Positions 19,023-29,338 of a stretch of 64,000 nucleotides of DNA are shown in pieces. The notes under the pieces are model-generated. The model made no database searches, had not been told where the DNA came from, and saw nothing but the letters and a program-made list of their open reading frames with translations. Within the stretch, counting starts at the first letter, position 1. Each line of letters opens with the position of its first letter. The stretch lies in assembly GCA_002401455.1 (NCBI GenBank), contig NVTE01000002.1, positions 32,567-96,566 of the forward strand. The letters run 5' to 3'. This DNA comes from Alphaproteobacteria bacterium. GTDB lineage: Bacteria > Pseudomonadota > Alphaproteobacteria > Sphingomonadales > Emcibacteraceae. Both the position numbers and the translations under genes were made by a program.

Positions 19023-21194
19023 CTATTGATGTAATGCCCGCGCCTTATGGAGTTTTTTATAGCTTTCAATCAATTTCAGGTGTTTGTCTAATCCTTCCAG
19101 CTTCATGCTCGTCTTGGTTAAGCCGGAAAATCTAACATCCCCCGTCACAGACCCCACGACATTTTTCATGACCTGAACGCCGTACATTCTGGTGAGGTTT
19201 GGGACATAATCATCGATATCCAAGTCATCATCAATTGTAATATCAAGCACCGCGCCGAGTGCCCGATAAAATAAAACCCGTTCCACGGTATTATCATTAA
19301 AGTTTAAGAAGTCAGCGATGATCTCTTTCGCTTCTTCATATTGTTCCAGGACTAAATAAATCAGTATTTTCAGTTCACCAATATCCAACCTGCCCCAAAC
19401 GGTAGTATCATCAAGTTCTATGCCGATTAAGGTTGAGATGACCGTATAATGATCCAGTTCCGACTCCTCAAAACGGTCCAGCAAATCTTCAAGCTCTTCA
19501 TCGGTTAAAGAATGAATGTTTAAGATATCTTCCCTGAATATCAGGGCTTTATTGGTATTATCCCAAATCAAATCCTCGGTCGGATAAACTTCTGAATAAC
19601 CGGGTACTAATATCCGGCAAGCCGTCGCCCCAAAGTCTTCATAAGTCGCCACATAAACCTCTTTTCCCAGGCCGGCGAGGATCGTCATCAGACAGTCAGT
19701 TTCTTGCTCAGTCGTGCCACTAAAGTCCCATTCGCAAAACGCGTAATCATGTTTCGCGCTAAAGAACTTCCAGGATATGATGCCGGTTGAATCAATGAAA
19801 TGCTCCACAAAGTTACTCGGCTCGGTCACCGCATGACTATTGAACGTCGGGGGGGGCACGTCATTTAGGCCTTCAAAACTACGGCCCTGTAATAATTCAG
19901 TGAGCGAACGTTCCAGCGCCACTTCAAAACTTGGATGCGCACCGAAGGACGCAAAAACGCCGCCTGTTTTTGGGTTCATTAAGGTCACGCACATGACAGG
20001 GAACTTGCCGCCCAACGACGCATCCTTGACCAAAACCGGGAAACCTTTATTTTCCAGCTCCTCAATACCGGCCAAAATACCGGGGTATTTTGCCAAAATT
20101 TCTTTTGGCACATCGGGCAGAATAATCTCTTCCTCGATAATTTGGCGTTTGACGGCGCGTTCAAATATTTCAGACAGGCATTGTACCTTGGCTTCATACA
20201 AATTATTGCCGGCACTCATCCCATTGCTCAAGAATAGATTTTCGATCAGGTTAGACGGGAAATAGACCGTTTTCTGATCTGAACTGCGGGTAAAGGGCAA
20301 GGCACAAATCCCCCGGTCTGCCCGCCCCGAATTTGTATCAATAAGATGAGACGCCCTTAATTCACCCTCTGGATTATAGAGATGCAGACATCTTTCATCC
20401 ATCAGCCCCTCTGGCAACGCATCGTCCGTGCCGGCTTTAAACCATTTTTCATTGGGGTAATGGACAAATTTGCTGTTGGCGATTTCTTCCCCAAAATAAT
20501 AATCATTATAGAAGAAGTTACAGCTCATCCGTTCAATATATTCGCCCAAAGCCGAGCAAAGCGCACTTTCCTTGGTCGCCCCTTTGCCGTTGGTAAAACA
20601 CATCGGCGACGCCGCTTCGCGGATATGCAGCGACCAGACATTTGGCACAAGATTACGCCAGGACGCGATTTCAATGTTAATGCCAATATCCGACAGGATC
20701 GCCGTCATATTAGCAATTGTTTGTTCCAAAGGAAGGTCTTTGCCGACAATCATCGTCGTGCCATCGCCGGCATAGTCTTGCAGTAACGGCGCATCATTCA
20801 AATTTTCCACAGGGTCAATTTTAAATTCAGGGCTTTGCTGGATAACTTTTTTCACCGTGCAGCGCTCAGCCGACCTTAAAATACCCGCCCGATCACGGTC
20901 CGAAATGCTGGACGGCAATTCGACCTGAATTTGAAAGATTTGCTTATATCTGTTTTCCGGATCAATGATATTATTCTGCGACACCCGAATATCATCTGTT
21001 GAGATATCACGTGCCAGACAATAAACCTTTACAAAATAGGCGGCGCACAGGGCGGAAGAGGCTAAGAAATAATCAAACGGACTTGGCGCGGTGCCATTGC
21101 CCTTATACCGAATAGGCTGATCGGTCGTTATGGTAAAATCATCAAACTTCGCCTCAAGCCGGAGGTTGTCCAAAAAATTTACGGTGATTTCCAT
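19023..21194 (-). CDS. OsmC domain / YcaO domain fusion protein
   Basis: N-terminal OsmC (TDQP...PSPFDYFLASSALCA...CTVKK); YcaO ATP-binding motifs NGKG...ALGEYIER, SNGMSAGN, EIFER. Confidence 0.9.
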   Translation of the reverse strand: MEITVNFLDNLRLEAKFDDFTITTDQPIRYKGNGTAPSPFDYFLASSALCAAYFVKVYCLARDISTDDIRVSQNNIIDPENRYKQIFQIQVELPSSISDRDRAGILRSAERCTVKKVIQQSPEFKIDPVENLNDAPLLQDYAGDGTTMIVGKDLPLEQTIANMTAILSDIGINIEIASWRNLVPNVWSLHIREAASPMCFTNGKGATKESALCSALGEYIERMSCNFFYNDYYFGEEIANSKFVHYPNEKWFKAGTDDALPEGLMDERCLHLYNPEGELRASHLIDTNSGRADRGICALPFTRSSDQKTVYFPSNLIENLFLSNGMSAGNNLYEAKVQCLSEIFERAVKRQIIEEEIILPDVPKEILAKYPGILAGIEELENKGFPVLVKDASLGGKFPVMCVTLMNPKTGGVFASFGAHPSFEVALERSLTELLQGRSFEGLNDVPPPTFNSHAVTEPSNFVEHFIDSTGIISWKFFSAKHDYAFCEWDFSGTTEQETDCLMTILAGLGKEVYVATYEDFGATACRILVPGYSEVYPTEDLIWDNTNKALIFREDILNIHSLTDEELEDLLDRFEESELDHYTVISTLIGIELDDTTVWGRLDIGELKILIYLVLEQYEEAKEIIADFLNFNDNTVERVLFYRALGAVLDITIDDDLDIDDYVPNLTRMYGVQVMKNVVGSVTGDVRFSGLTKTSMKLEGLDKHLKLIESYKKLHKARALHQ

Positions 21195-21389
21195 TTGACT
21201 ATTCTTTCCTGAAAACGTGACATCAATAATACGTCATTTATTCATATTTGATATTTTGTCAAGATGAATATGGCTCTGTTGCCCATACGAGCTCAGGACA
21301 CTTGTCCTCTTTCGCCACATCAAACCTGCTTTACTCTGCGCTCCTTACCCCTTATCTATAGTCTTTTCCTTATGAATTGGCTTTTATCC

Positions 21390-22535
21390 ATGTCTCTTAT
21401 TCTTGATGCCCTTCCCACAACAGAAGAATTTTTCCAGGAATTTTGGAATAAAAAGCCCTTTGTCGTCCGCCGCATGATCCCACAGGAGGTCATAGCCGCC
21501 CTGATTGATGAAGATCATCTCGCGGGACTTTCACTGGAAGAGGAGGTCAAATCCCGCTTGGTTAGAAAAGGCGAAAAACAGAGCGACTGGACATGCGATC
21601 ACGGCCCCTTTGAAGAAAAGTATTTTGCAGAATTAGGCGAAGAAGACTGGAGCCTGCTGGTCCAAAACATCGATCAGTATCATGAGGGAACGGCGGAACT
21701 TCTGAAATATTTCAACTTTACCCCCCGGTGGTTGCTTGATGATATTATGGCCAGCTTTTCGCCAAAAGGCGGCACAGTGGGCGCTCATACGGACAGCTAT
21801 CACGTTTTTCTCATCCAGGGAAAAGGCGAAAGACGCTGGAAAGTCGCAAATCAAGCCCTCAAAAATAAAGATTATATCGAAGATATCTCCCTCAAAATAT
21901 TAAAAACCTCCTTTGAAGGTGAAGAGGTCACCGTCACCGAAGGTGATGTCATTTACATTCCGCCAAATTTTGCCCATCAAGGGGTCAGTTTAAAGCCATC
22001 CCTCACCTATTCCGTAGGTTTTTTAGGACCATCCTTGTCCGAAATTCTGACCGAATTTGGTCTTTATATAGAAGAACATCACCCCGATATCCCGCGATAC
22101 CTGGGCCAAAATCTCACAGAAAGCGCCGTCCCCTTTCAGGTTGCACCAGACCATATTGAGGATTTAAAGTCTTTTATGACAGACATTTTCGATCAGGATT
22201 ATTTCACCAAATGGGTGACCCATTATTTTAGCTGCCCCGTAGAAACGTATGAAGATGCCGATGATAATGCCTATGATAATGTGAAGGACATCATCGCTGA
22301 CAACATCATGCTGATCAAGCATCCCGCCGTAAAAATAATGTTTACCCCGTTAAAAGCCCCGCAAAAATATTGTGTCTCGGCAGGTGATTTAACCTTTGAA
22401 CTGGACTTTTCTGATCTGTTCCTGGTTAATATGATGGCACAGGAGGCCCCCTTTTCAGCCGAAATATTTACCCCCCATAGTGAAATTTTACAAAATTTAC
22501 TCAACCGAAATATTCTTACAATTGCCAAAATATAA
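21390..22535 (+). CDS. JmjC/cupin 2-oxoglutarate oxygenase, RoxA/YcfD (L16 Arg hydroxylase)-like
   Basis: FFQEFWNKKP, LAGLSLEEEVKSRL, WSLLVQ, DDIMASF, GAHTDSYHVFLIQGKG, YIPPNFAHQG. Confidence 0.85.
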   Translation: MSLILDALPTTEEFFQEFWNKKPFVVRRMIPQEVIAALIDEDHLAGLSLEEEVKSRLVRKGEKQSDWTCDHGPFEEKYFAELGEEDWSLLVQNIDQYHEGTAELLKYFNFTPRWLLDDIMASFSPKGGTVGAHTDSYHVFLIQGKGERRWKVANQALKNKDYIEDISLKILKTSFEGEEVTVTEGDVIYIPPNFAHQGVSLKPSLTYSVGFLGPSLSEILTEFGLYIEEHHPDIPRYLGQNLTESAVPFQVAPDHIEDLKSFMTDIFDQDYFTKWVTHYFSCPVETYEDADDNAYDNVKDIIADNIMLIKHPAVKIMFTPLKAPQKYCVSAGDLTFELDFSDLFLVNMMAQEAPFSAEIFTPHSEILQNLLNRNILTIAKI

Positions 22536-22942
22536 ATAAAGGACCTGTTCCACAAAATTTTATTTCTCGTAGATTTGATATTTTTTAGAACATCATCGAT
22601 GTCTTTAGATTTCAAATGGCGCCATTTCCAAGGTGCCCCCCAAGAGCAGGCTTCGCCCCAAATATGGGGTCAGTTACCGTGACCTTGAAGAAATAATAAA
22701 GAGGTGCGACTTGAAATGGACGCGCGTGCAAAAATTTGTACTTTCTTTTCCATAGGGATTATCAATGGCATCCCTCAGCGCCGCATCCACCGCAAGTCGA
22801 CAAAGCTCAGTTACAGAACATATGGCCAATAGATCATATGTTAGAAAAACCCTGGCCCGTGGAAAATCACTAATTTACAGGCGAGAAATTTATTTTTTTG
22901 AAGGGAGCCTCCATCCTGACCCCTTATTCCGTCAACACGCTA

Positions 22943-23869
22943 TTAGTCAAAGAGAAATTCGACTTCGCTGGACAGCAGAACTTCATGACAGTGGGAGCAT
23001 TTGACGACCGGGTGCGATTCCTTGCCACATTCCCTATGAACCAGGATAAAAGGCACACCCCGGTCATCACAGAGCCAGTCATCGCCCCAGGTCATCATCG
23101 CAACCATAACCGGAAACAGCGCCCGGCCTTTTTCAGTCAGACGATATTCATACCGCGCCGGCTTCTCTGAATAGAGGCATTTGGACAATACCTCACTTTC
23201 CACTAGGTGAACCAACCGGTTGGACAGAATATTTGTCGCAATTTTTAACTCATTCTGGATATCATCAAACCGCCTGATGCCCAGGTAGGCCGCCGATAAC
23301 GTCAGATTGCTCCAGCGGTCGCCAATGATATCCGCCGCCCGCTCGATCATCATCACATCGTCTTTATTTTTTGAACTGATCCGACTGCGCCGTTGATGGC
23401 GGGGCGCAACCTGACAGTCAAGACCGACACCCGGGCCGTCTTTATAGGTCACATTGTGAATGGTAATGAACTCATTACACACATCACATTTCAATTCGGG
23501 GTGGATGGCATGACCACAGGACTTATGAATAAGCCTCACCGGAACATCTTCGGCGCGGGCAAACCATTTGTCTTCCCAGGCCCAGATTAACGCCGCGATA
23601 GGATACAGGGCTTTGCCCATGTCCGTCAGCTGATATTCATATCTTTTAGGACGGTCCTGATAGAGAACTTTCTTAAAACAGCCGACCTCCACCAGCTTGT
23701 TCAACCGATTGATCAGAATACTGCGGGCGATATTATTCTTGGACTGCCAGTCACGGAAACGGGTGACACCTAAAAAAGCATCGCGCAGGATGATGATGGT
23801 CCATCGGTCCCCAATAATATTCAAAGTTCGCGTTATGGAACTTGCTCTGACGTGTTCTAATACTGACAT
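22943..23869 (-). CDS. Tandem (double) HxlR-type winged-helix transcriptional regulator
   Basis: Two repeats of IIGDRW...RF...IA..IL.NRL..LV...RYEY.LT..G..L.P, each followed by H..CG...C..C. Confidence 0.88.
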   Translation of the reverse strand: MSVLEHVRASSITRTLNIIGDRWTIIILRDAFLGVTRFRDWQSKNNIARSILINRLNKLVEVGCFKKVLYQDRPKRYEYQLTDMGKALYPIAALIWAWEDKWFARAEDVPVRLIHKSCGHAIHPELKCDVCNEFITIHNVTYKDGPGVGLDCQVAPRHQRRSRISSKNKDDVMMIERAADIIGDRWSNLTLSAAYLGIRRFDDIQNELKIATNILSNRLVHLVESEVLSKCLYSEKPARYEYRLTEKGRALFPVMVAMMTWGDDWLCDDRGVPFILVHRECGKESHPVVKCSHCHEVLLSSEVEFLFD

Positions 23870-24030
23870 AATGCATGAAGATAACGATATTTCCAGAATA
23901 AGCAAATAACACTTGCCTAAACAGATCTAATTAATTAGTCTTTTTATGAAAGTAACTTCTGAATGACAAAAAATATTATAAAACCATTCAGATAAAACCG
24001 CACCTTAAACCGTGGTACAGGGTATTTATT

Positions 24031-24984
24031 ATGTCTATTTCTCAAACTATTAAAAGTCAAATTCGTTTGCCGCTGATCTCGGCACCCATGTTTCTGGTCT
24101 CAGGCCCCGATCTGGTGATTGCCGCCTGCAAAGCTGGCATCGTCGGATCATTCCCAACCATGAATGCCCGGAGTGTGGACATTTTGGATCAGTGGATGGC
24201 ACGGATCACCAGCGAACTTGACCAGGCCAGAAAAACCGACCCCAGCGCCAAAATCGGTCCCTGGGCCGCCAATATCATTGTTCATAAAACCAACAAAAGA
24301 CTGCAGGCGGACCTGGACCTGGTGGTCAAATACCAGCCTCCCATCGTCATCACGGCCTTGGGCAGTCCGGCAGTGGTCATCGAAGCTGTCCATAGTTACG
24401 GCGGCCAGGTTTATGCCGATGTCAACAGCATTCCATATGCACGAAAAGCCGCCACAACCGGGGTTGACGGGCTGGTCCTGGTCTGTTCCGGTGCCGGGGG
24501 CCATACGGGCCAGACCTCTAACTTTGCCTTCGTCTCAGGGGTCCGGGAATTCTTCGACGGCACGATCATCTTGGCCGGCAGCATTTCACAGGGCGGGGCC
24601 ATCCGGGCCGCGGAAATGGTCGGGGCCGATTTCGCCTATATGGGCACCTCCTTCATCGCGGCGGAGGAAAGCATGGCCAATGACGCCTATAAACAGATGC
24701 TGATCGACAGCACGGTTGAGGATATCGTCTGCACCAATGCCTTTACCGGGGCCTGGGCCAATATGCTCAAACCCAGCATCGATGCTGCGGGCATTGACCT
24801 GGCGACATTCAAAAAAACCACATCCCTCAATGCTGACGACCCTCAGAATGAGAGCAAGGCCTGGAAGAATATCTGGTCAGCGGGTCATGGGGTCAGCGTA
24901 ATTAACGCAACCGAACCCGCCCAGAAAATTGTTGACCGGCTGCACAAAGAATATCAGAACGCCTGCCAAATTCCGGTCTTCTAG
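24031..24984 (+). CDS. Nitronate monooxygenase family flavoprotein
   Basis: PLISAPMFLVSG, GAGGHTG, AYMGTSFIA, WSAGHG. Confidence 0.88.
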   Translation: MSISQTIKSQIRLPLISAPMFLVSGPDLVIAACKAGIVGSFPTMNARSVDILDQWMARITSELDQARKTDPSAKIGPWAANIIVHKTNKRLQADLDLVVKYQPPIVITALGSPAVVIEAVHSYGGQVYADVNSIPYARKAATTGVDGLVLVCSGAGGHTGQTSNFAFVSGVREFFDGTIILAGSISQGGAIRAAEMVGADFAYMGTSFIAAEESMANDAYKQMLIDSTVEDIVCTNAFTGAWANMLKPSIDAAGIDLATFKKTTSLNADDPQNESKAWKNIWSAGHGVSVINATEPAQKIVDRLHKEYQNACQIPVF

Positions 24985-25021
24985 TTTTAGCAAATTCAAC
25001 CCAGCCCGATCAGATCACTAC

Positions 25022-25645
25022 ATGAAAGAAAATACCCCCATGCCCCAGGCCATTGATGTCTATTTTGAATTTTCATCCTCCTATTCCTATATTTGCCACG
25101 AAAAGATCGCCGAACTGGCCAATCGTCATGGCCTTGACCTGAACTGGAAATGTATTTCCCTTGGCGCTATCTTCAAGCAATTGAACCATGCCATGCCGCC
25201 CCTGGGATCACCCAAGCAGAAATACCTGTGGCATGATGTGGAACGCTCGGCCCGGCAGGCCGGTCTGGAGTATAACTGGCCCGAGACTTTCCCCTTTAAC
25301 AGTATGCATGCGGCACGGGGCTTTTACTGGATCAGTGACACCGCCCCGGATCAGATCGTGCCCTACCTGAAAGCCGTCTTCAAGGCTGCCTTTGCCGAGG
25401 GGCGCGAAGTGGGCAATCCTGAGGTTCTGAAATCCATTGTTACCAGCCTTGGGCTCGACGGGGATACCTACCTCGCCGCCCTCAGTGACGACAGCTACAA
25501 AAGCCGCCTGAAGCAAGAAACCATCGCCGCCCAGGGCCGCGATGTCTTTGGCTGCCCGACCTTCTATTTTAAAGATGAAATGTTCTGGGGCGCGGACCGA
25601 TTGGCCGCTCTGGAAACCTATATTAAGACTGAAAAGGATACATAA
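25022..25645 (+). CDS. 2-hydroxychromene-2-carboxylate isomerase / GST-kappa (DsbA-like) protein
   Basis: YFEFSSSYSY, VFGCPTF, MFWGADRL. Confidence 0.85.
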   Translation: MKENTPMPQAIDVYFEFSSSYSYICHEKIAELANRHGLDLNWKCISLGAIFKQLNHAMPPLGSPKQKYLWHDVERSARQAGLEYNWPETFPFNSMHAARGFYWISDTAPDQIVPYLKAVFKAAFAEGREVGNPEVLKSIVTSLGLDGDTYLAALSDDSYKSRLKQETIAAQGRDVFGCPTFYFKDEMFWGADRLAALETYIKTEKDT

Positions 25646-26880
25646 TGGCCAGCAAAATTTATATTCTGGGCGGACATCAGACGGATTTCTCAGCCAATTG
25701 GAAGCGGCAGGACCGGGATGTGCTTGATGTGTTCAGCGACTGTCTCAATCAGGGACTAGAACAGACAAAGCTGGACTATAGCGACCTCGACTGTGGCCAT
25801 GTGGGCAATTTTGCCGGTGAACTGTTTAACCATCAGGGCATCATGGGCGGCTATTTCGGTATGGTCGATCCCCGCCTGTCCGGCCTGCCCACCGCCCGCC
25901 ATGAAGCCGCCTGTGCCTCAGGCTCCATTGCCCTGCTGGCGGCCACGGCCGAACTTGAAGCCAACCGCTATGGCCTCGCCTGTATCATCGGCATTGAGCA
26001 GATGCGGAACGTCCCCGGGGCCGAGGCCGCCGCCTATCTGGGCAGTGCCACCTGGGCCGGACATGAATGTCAGGGCATTAAATTCCCCTGGCCCCATATG
26101 TTTGGCAAGCTCGGTGATGAATATGACAAGCGTTTTGGCCTCAAACAGGAACATCTCGCCGGTATCGCCAAGATAAATTTCGCCAATGCCAAACGCAACC
26201 CCAACGCCCAGACCCGCAAGTGGCAGTTCACCGACGACAGCTTTGTCGAAAATGACGAGACCAACCCGGTAATCGACGGCCGCATTCGCAAGCAGGACTG
26301 CGGACAGGTCACCGACGGCGCCTCGGTCATTTTCCTTGCCCATGAAGACCGGGCCCGGGACTATGCCAAAAGCAGAGGATTATCCTTCGACGACATGCCT
26401 TATATTGAAGGCTGGGGCCATCGCTCCGCCCCCCTGGAGCTTGAGCGGAAAATGGCCGAAAGTGCCCAGTCCGATTTTGTCTTCCCCCATGTCAACGGCA
26501 CCATTACCGATGCCTACCGGCGCGCCGGCCTGGAGAATGTCTCCGCCATTGATACCATCGAAACCCATGACTGTTTCACCACCACGGAATATATGGCCAT
26601 CGATCATTTTGGCATCACTGCTCCGGGCGAAAGCTGGAAAGCCATCGAAGAAGGCCGCATCGCCATGGACGGCGATATCCCGATTAACCCCAGCGGCGGC
26701 CTGATCGGCTGTGGCCATCCGGTGGGGGCCACCGGGGTCCGTATGCTGCTTGATGCCTATAAACAGGTCAGCGGCACCGCAGGCGACTATCAAGTAGCGG
26801 GTGCCAAACGGGCCCAGACCCTGAATATCGGCGGCAGCGGCACCACATCAGTCAGCTTTATCGTCGGCAAAAGCGCTTAA
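25645..26880 (+). CDS. Thiolase-family acetyl-CoA acetyltransferase (SCP2-type)
   Basis: EAACASG, ETHDCF, GHPVGATG, LNIGG. Confidence 0.88.
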   Translation: MASKIYILGGHQTDFSANWKRQDRDVLDVFSDCLNQGLEQTKLDYSDLDCGHVGNFAGELFNHQGIMGGYFGMVDPRLSGLPTARHEAACASGSIALLAATAELEANRYGLACIIGIEQMRNVPGAEAAAYLGSATWAGHECQGIKFPWPHMFGKLGDEYDKRFGLKQEHLAGIAKINFANAKRNPNAQTRKWQFTDDSFVENDETNPVIDGRIRKQDCGQVTDGASVIFLAHEDRARDYAKSRGLSFDDMPYIEGWGHRSAPLELERKMAESAQSDFVFPHVNGTITDAYRRAGLENVSAIDTIETHDCFTTTEYMAIDHFGITAPGESWKAIEEGRIAMDGDIPINPSGGLIGCGHPVGATGVRMLLDAYKQVSGTAGDYQVAGAKRAQTLNIGGSGTTSVSFIVGKSA

Positions 26881-26907
26881 TCAAACAACAGAAATACAGG
26901 AATAAAT

Positions 26908-28110
26908 ATGAACGCCTATATCATTGATGCCGTGCGCAGCCCCCGGGGAGCCGCCCGTGACTGGGGCGGGCTGACCGATATAAAACCCATTGAGCTGCTC
27001 AGCCAACTTTTCAAGGCCATAGAAGACAGAAATACTCTGGATACCGCTCAGGTCGAGGATATCATCATCGGCTGTGTCACCCAACATCAGGACCAGGGCG
27101 GTAATCTGGCCAAAATAGCCGCACTCTATGCCGGATGGAGCCCGGAAGTCTCCGGCCACACGGTCAATCGTTTCTGCACCTCCGGCCTCACAGCCTGCAA
27201 CACAGCCGCCATGAAGATCATGTCTGGCATGGAAGACCTGGTGGTCGGTGGCGGCGTGGAATCCATGTCCCGGGTGCCAATGTTTTCTGATGGCGGCCCG
27301 TGGTACAGCGATAAAGATGTCATGAGGAGAACCAATTTCATTCATATGGGCATTTCAGGTGACCTGGTCGCAACAATGGAAGGCTTCACGCGTGAAGATG
27401 TCGACCGTTATGCTGTCCGTTCGCAGATGAACGCGGCCCATGCCCGGGACAATGGCTATTTTTCCCGCTCCCTGATTCCCGTCCGCGATGCAGAGGACGA
27501 TATTATCCTGGTAGAGGACCAGATCATCCGGGACGATATGACGCTGGAGAAACTAGCAAAACTGGCCCCCAGCTTTGCCGAGCTCGGCGCTAAGGGCCTG
27601 GATGCCATTGCCCTGAAACATTATCCTGAACTCACCGAAATCAACCATGTCCACCATGCGGGAAATTCACCGGGTATGGTCGATGCGGCCTCATTGGTCC
27701 TGTTCGCCTCTGACCAACAGATTGCCGCCCAGAACCTGAAACCGCGCGCCCGGGTGATCGCCATGGCCAACAGCAGTGTCGAGCCGGTTGTCATGCTCAC
27801 CGCCGGGCAAAAGGCCGCTGAAAAGGCTTTACGCAAAGCCGGACTGCAGCCAGAGGATATTGACTTGTATGAGGTTAATGAAGGTTTTGCCGCTGTGGCG
27901 CTTAAATTCCAGAAGGACCTGGGCCTCCGGGATGACCAGATCAATGTCAACGGCGGGGCCATTGCCATGGGCCATCCGCTCGGGGCCAGCGGGGCTATCC
28001 TGCTCGGCACTCTGCTCGACGAACTGGAACGTCAGGGCAAGAAGCGCGGCCTAGTCACCCTGTGCGGCGGGGCCGGTGTCGGCGAGGCGATGATTATCGA
28101 ACGGCTATAA
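26908..28110 (+). CDS. Acetyl-CoA C-acyltransferase (thiolase)
   Basis: NRFCTSG, GGVESMS, NEGF, GHPLGASG, CGGAG. Confidence 0.92.
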   Translation: MNAYIIDAVRSPRGAARDWGGLTDIKPIELLSQLFKAIEDRNTLDTAQVEDIIIGCVTQHQDQGGNLAKIAALYAGWSPEVSGHTVNRFCTSGLTACNTAAMKIMSGMEDLVVGGGVESMSRVPMFSDGGPWYSDKDVMRRTNFIHMGISGDLVATMEGFTREDVDRYAVRSQMNAAHARDNGYFSRSLIPVRDAEDDIILVEDQIIRDDMTLEKLAKLAPSFAELGAKGLDAIALKHYPELTEINHVHHAGNSPGMVDAASLVLFASDQQIAAQNLKPRARVIAMANSSVEPVVMLTAGQKAAEKALRKAGLQPEDIDLYEVNEGFAAVALKFQKDLGLRDDQINVNGGAIAMGHPLGASGAILLGTLLDELERQGKKRGLVTLCGGAGVGEAMIIERL

Positions 28111-28139
28111 AGACAATTTAGCGGGTTTTGCGTCTGTTA

Positions 28140-28553
28140 TCAGACCTTCAGCCGGAAAGAGTGGGGCAGCAGTTCATCCATGGTGAACATGCGGTTGCCA
28201 TCCACATAAATCAGGGTGTCCGGGTCGAGAAATTCGGACATCACCTGGCGGCAGGCACCACAAGGCACCAGGGAATCGGTCGGCAGATTAGCATCCTCAT
28301 GGCCGATGGAAATCGCCAGCGCCACCACCTTTGACGCGGAGGCGGTACGGGCGGAAAACAACGCCACCCTCTCCGCACAGCAGGTCAGGCCATAGCTGGC
28401 ATTTTCAATGTTGGTGCCTTTGAATATCTGGCCATCTTCCAGCAGCACCGCCGCCCCGACCGGGAAATTTGAATAGGGCGAATAGCTGTTTTTCTTGGCT
28501 GCCCTGGCGGCATCAATCAGTATTTCCTCTGATAATTTGCTTTCACTGGTCAT
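28140..28553 (-). CDS. cdd: Cytidine deaminase
   Basis: YSPYSNFPVGAA, NIENASY, CAER, PCGACRQ. Confidence 0.95.
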   Translation of the reverse strand: MTSESKLSEEILIDAARAAKKNSYSPYSNFPVGAAVLLEDGQIFKGTNIENASYGLTCCAERVALFSARTASASKVVALAISIGHEDANLPTDSLVPCGACRQVMSEFLDPDTLIYVDGNRMFTMDELLPHSFRLKV

Positions 28554-28691
28554 GGAAATGTCCTTTACACATGAATGATGTTTCAGCCGTATGGTTCAGT
28601 TAACGGCCAAGTATATTACCATATGGTAAAATTTGCGCCACCATAAGTCTATAGCCAAAATTTCATATATATATATTCTGCGGTTGGCCCC

Positions 28692-29186
28692 TTAAGAGAC
28701 CCAGTCAGTTCCCTCTTCTAACAGCCTGAGCGGCAGCCGTGTGGTATGCTTTTTCTGTTTCAGGACAAAGCTGGTGCTGACGGAACGGACCACCGGCAGG
28801 CGCATCAGGAAGCCAGTCTGGAATTCTTCATATTCCTTAATGTTGCGGGAGATTACCTTCATTAAAAAATCATAATCGCCGCTCATAGAATAATATTCCA
28901 ACACCTCTGGCCGTTCACAAATCGCCGCGTCAAATTGATCCAGCATGGCCATCTGGTGCTTTTCCAGCATCACATGGGCAAAAGCGATCAGGTGAAATCC
29001 GGCCTTCTCCCCGTCGAGGATCGCCGCATAATGATCAATAATACCCTCTACTTCCAGCCGTTTCACCCGCCGCCAGCACGGCGATGGCGACAGCCCGACC
29101 TTCTTGGCCAGGTCATGATTGGACAGGCGGCCATTTTCCTGCATGTTGCGTAAAATCTTGAAATCGATCTGATCCAGCTTAATCAA
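28692..29186 (-). CDS. Lrp/AsnC family regulator (divergent from ior)
   Basis: LDQIDFKIL...LAKKVGLSPSPCWRRVKRLE...GDYDF. Confidence 0.92.
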   Translation of the reverse strand: MIKLDQIDFKILRNMQENGRLSNHDLAKKVGLSPSPCWRRVKRLEVEGIIDHYAAILDGEKAGFHLIAFAHVMLEKHQMAMLDQFDAAICERPEVLEYYSMSGDYDFLMKVISRNIKEYEEFQTGFLMRLPVVRSVSTSFVLKQKKHTTRLPLRLLEEGTDWVS

Positions 29187-29338
29187 AGAACAATCCTTCT
29201 ATAAAAAATAACTTTCTTGAAATAGTCTTCTGACTTACTGCCATATATTGATCCAAATCGCAAGGACATACCCTCTATATTGGGAGTATCATCTATTTAA
29301 CAGGTTAAAGATTACAAAATATTTTCAGGGTCAAGACT

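Noticed and set aside
22536-22940. Short ORFs in the gap between the JmjC gene and the HxlR regulator
   Set aside because: No RBS or motif support; probably decayed sequence
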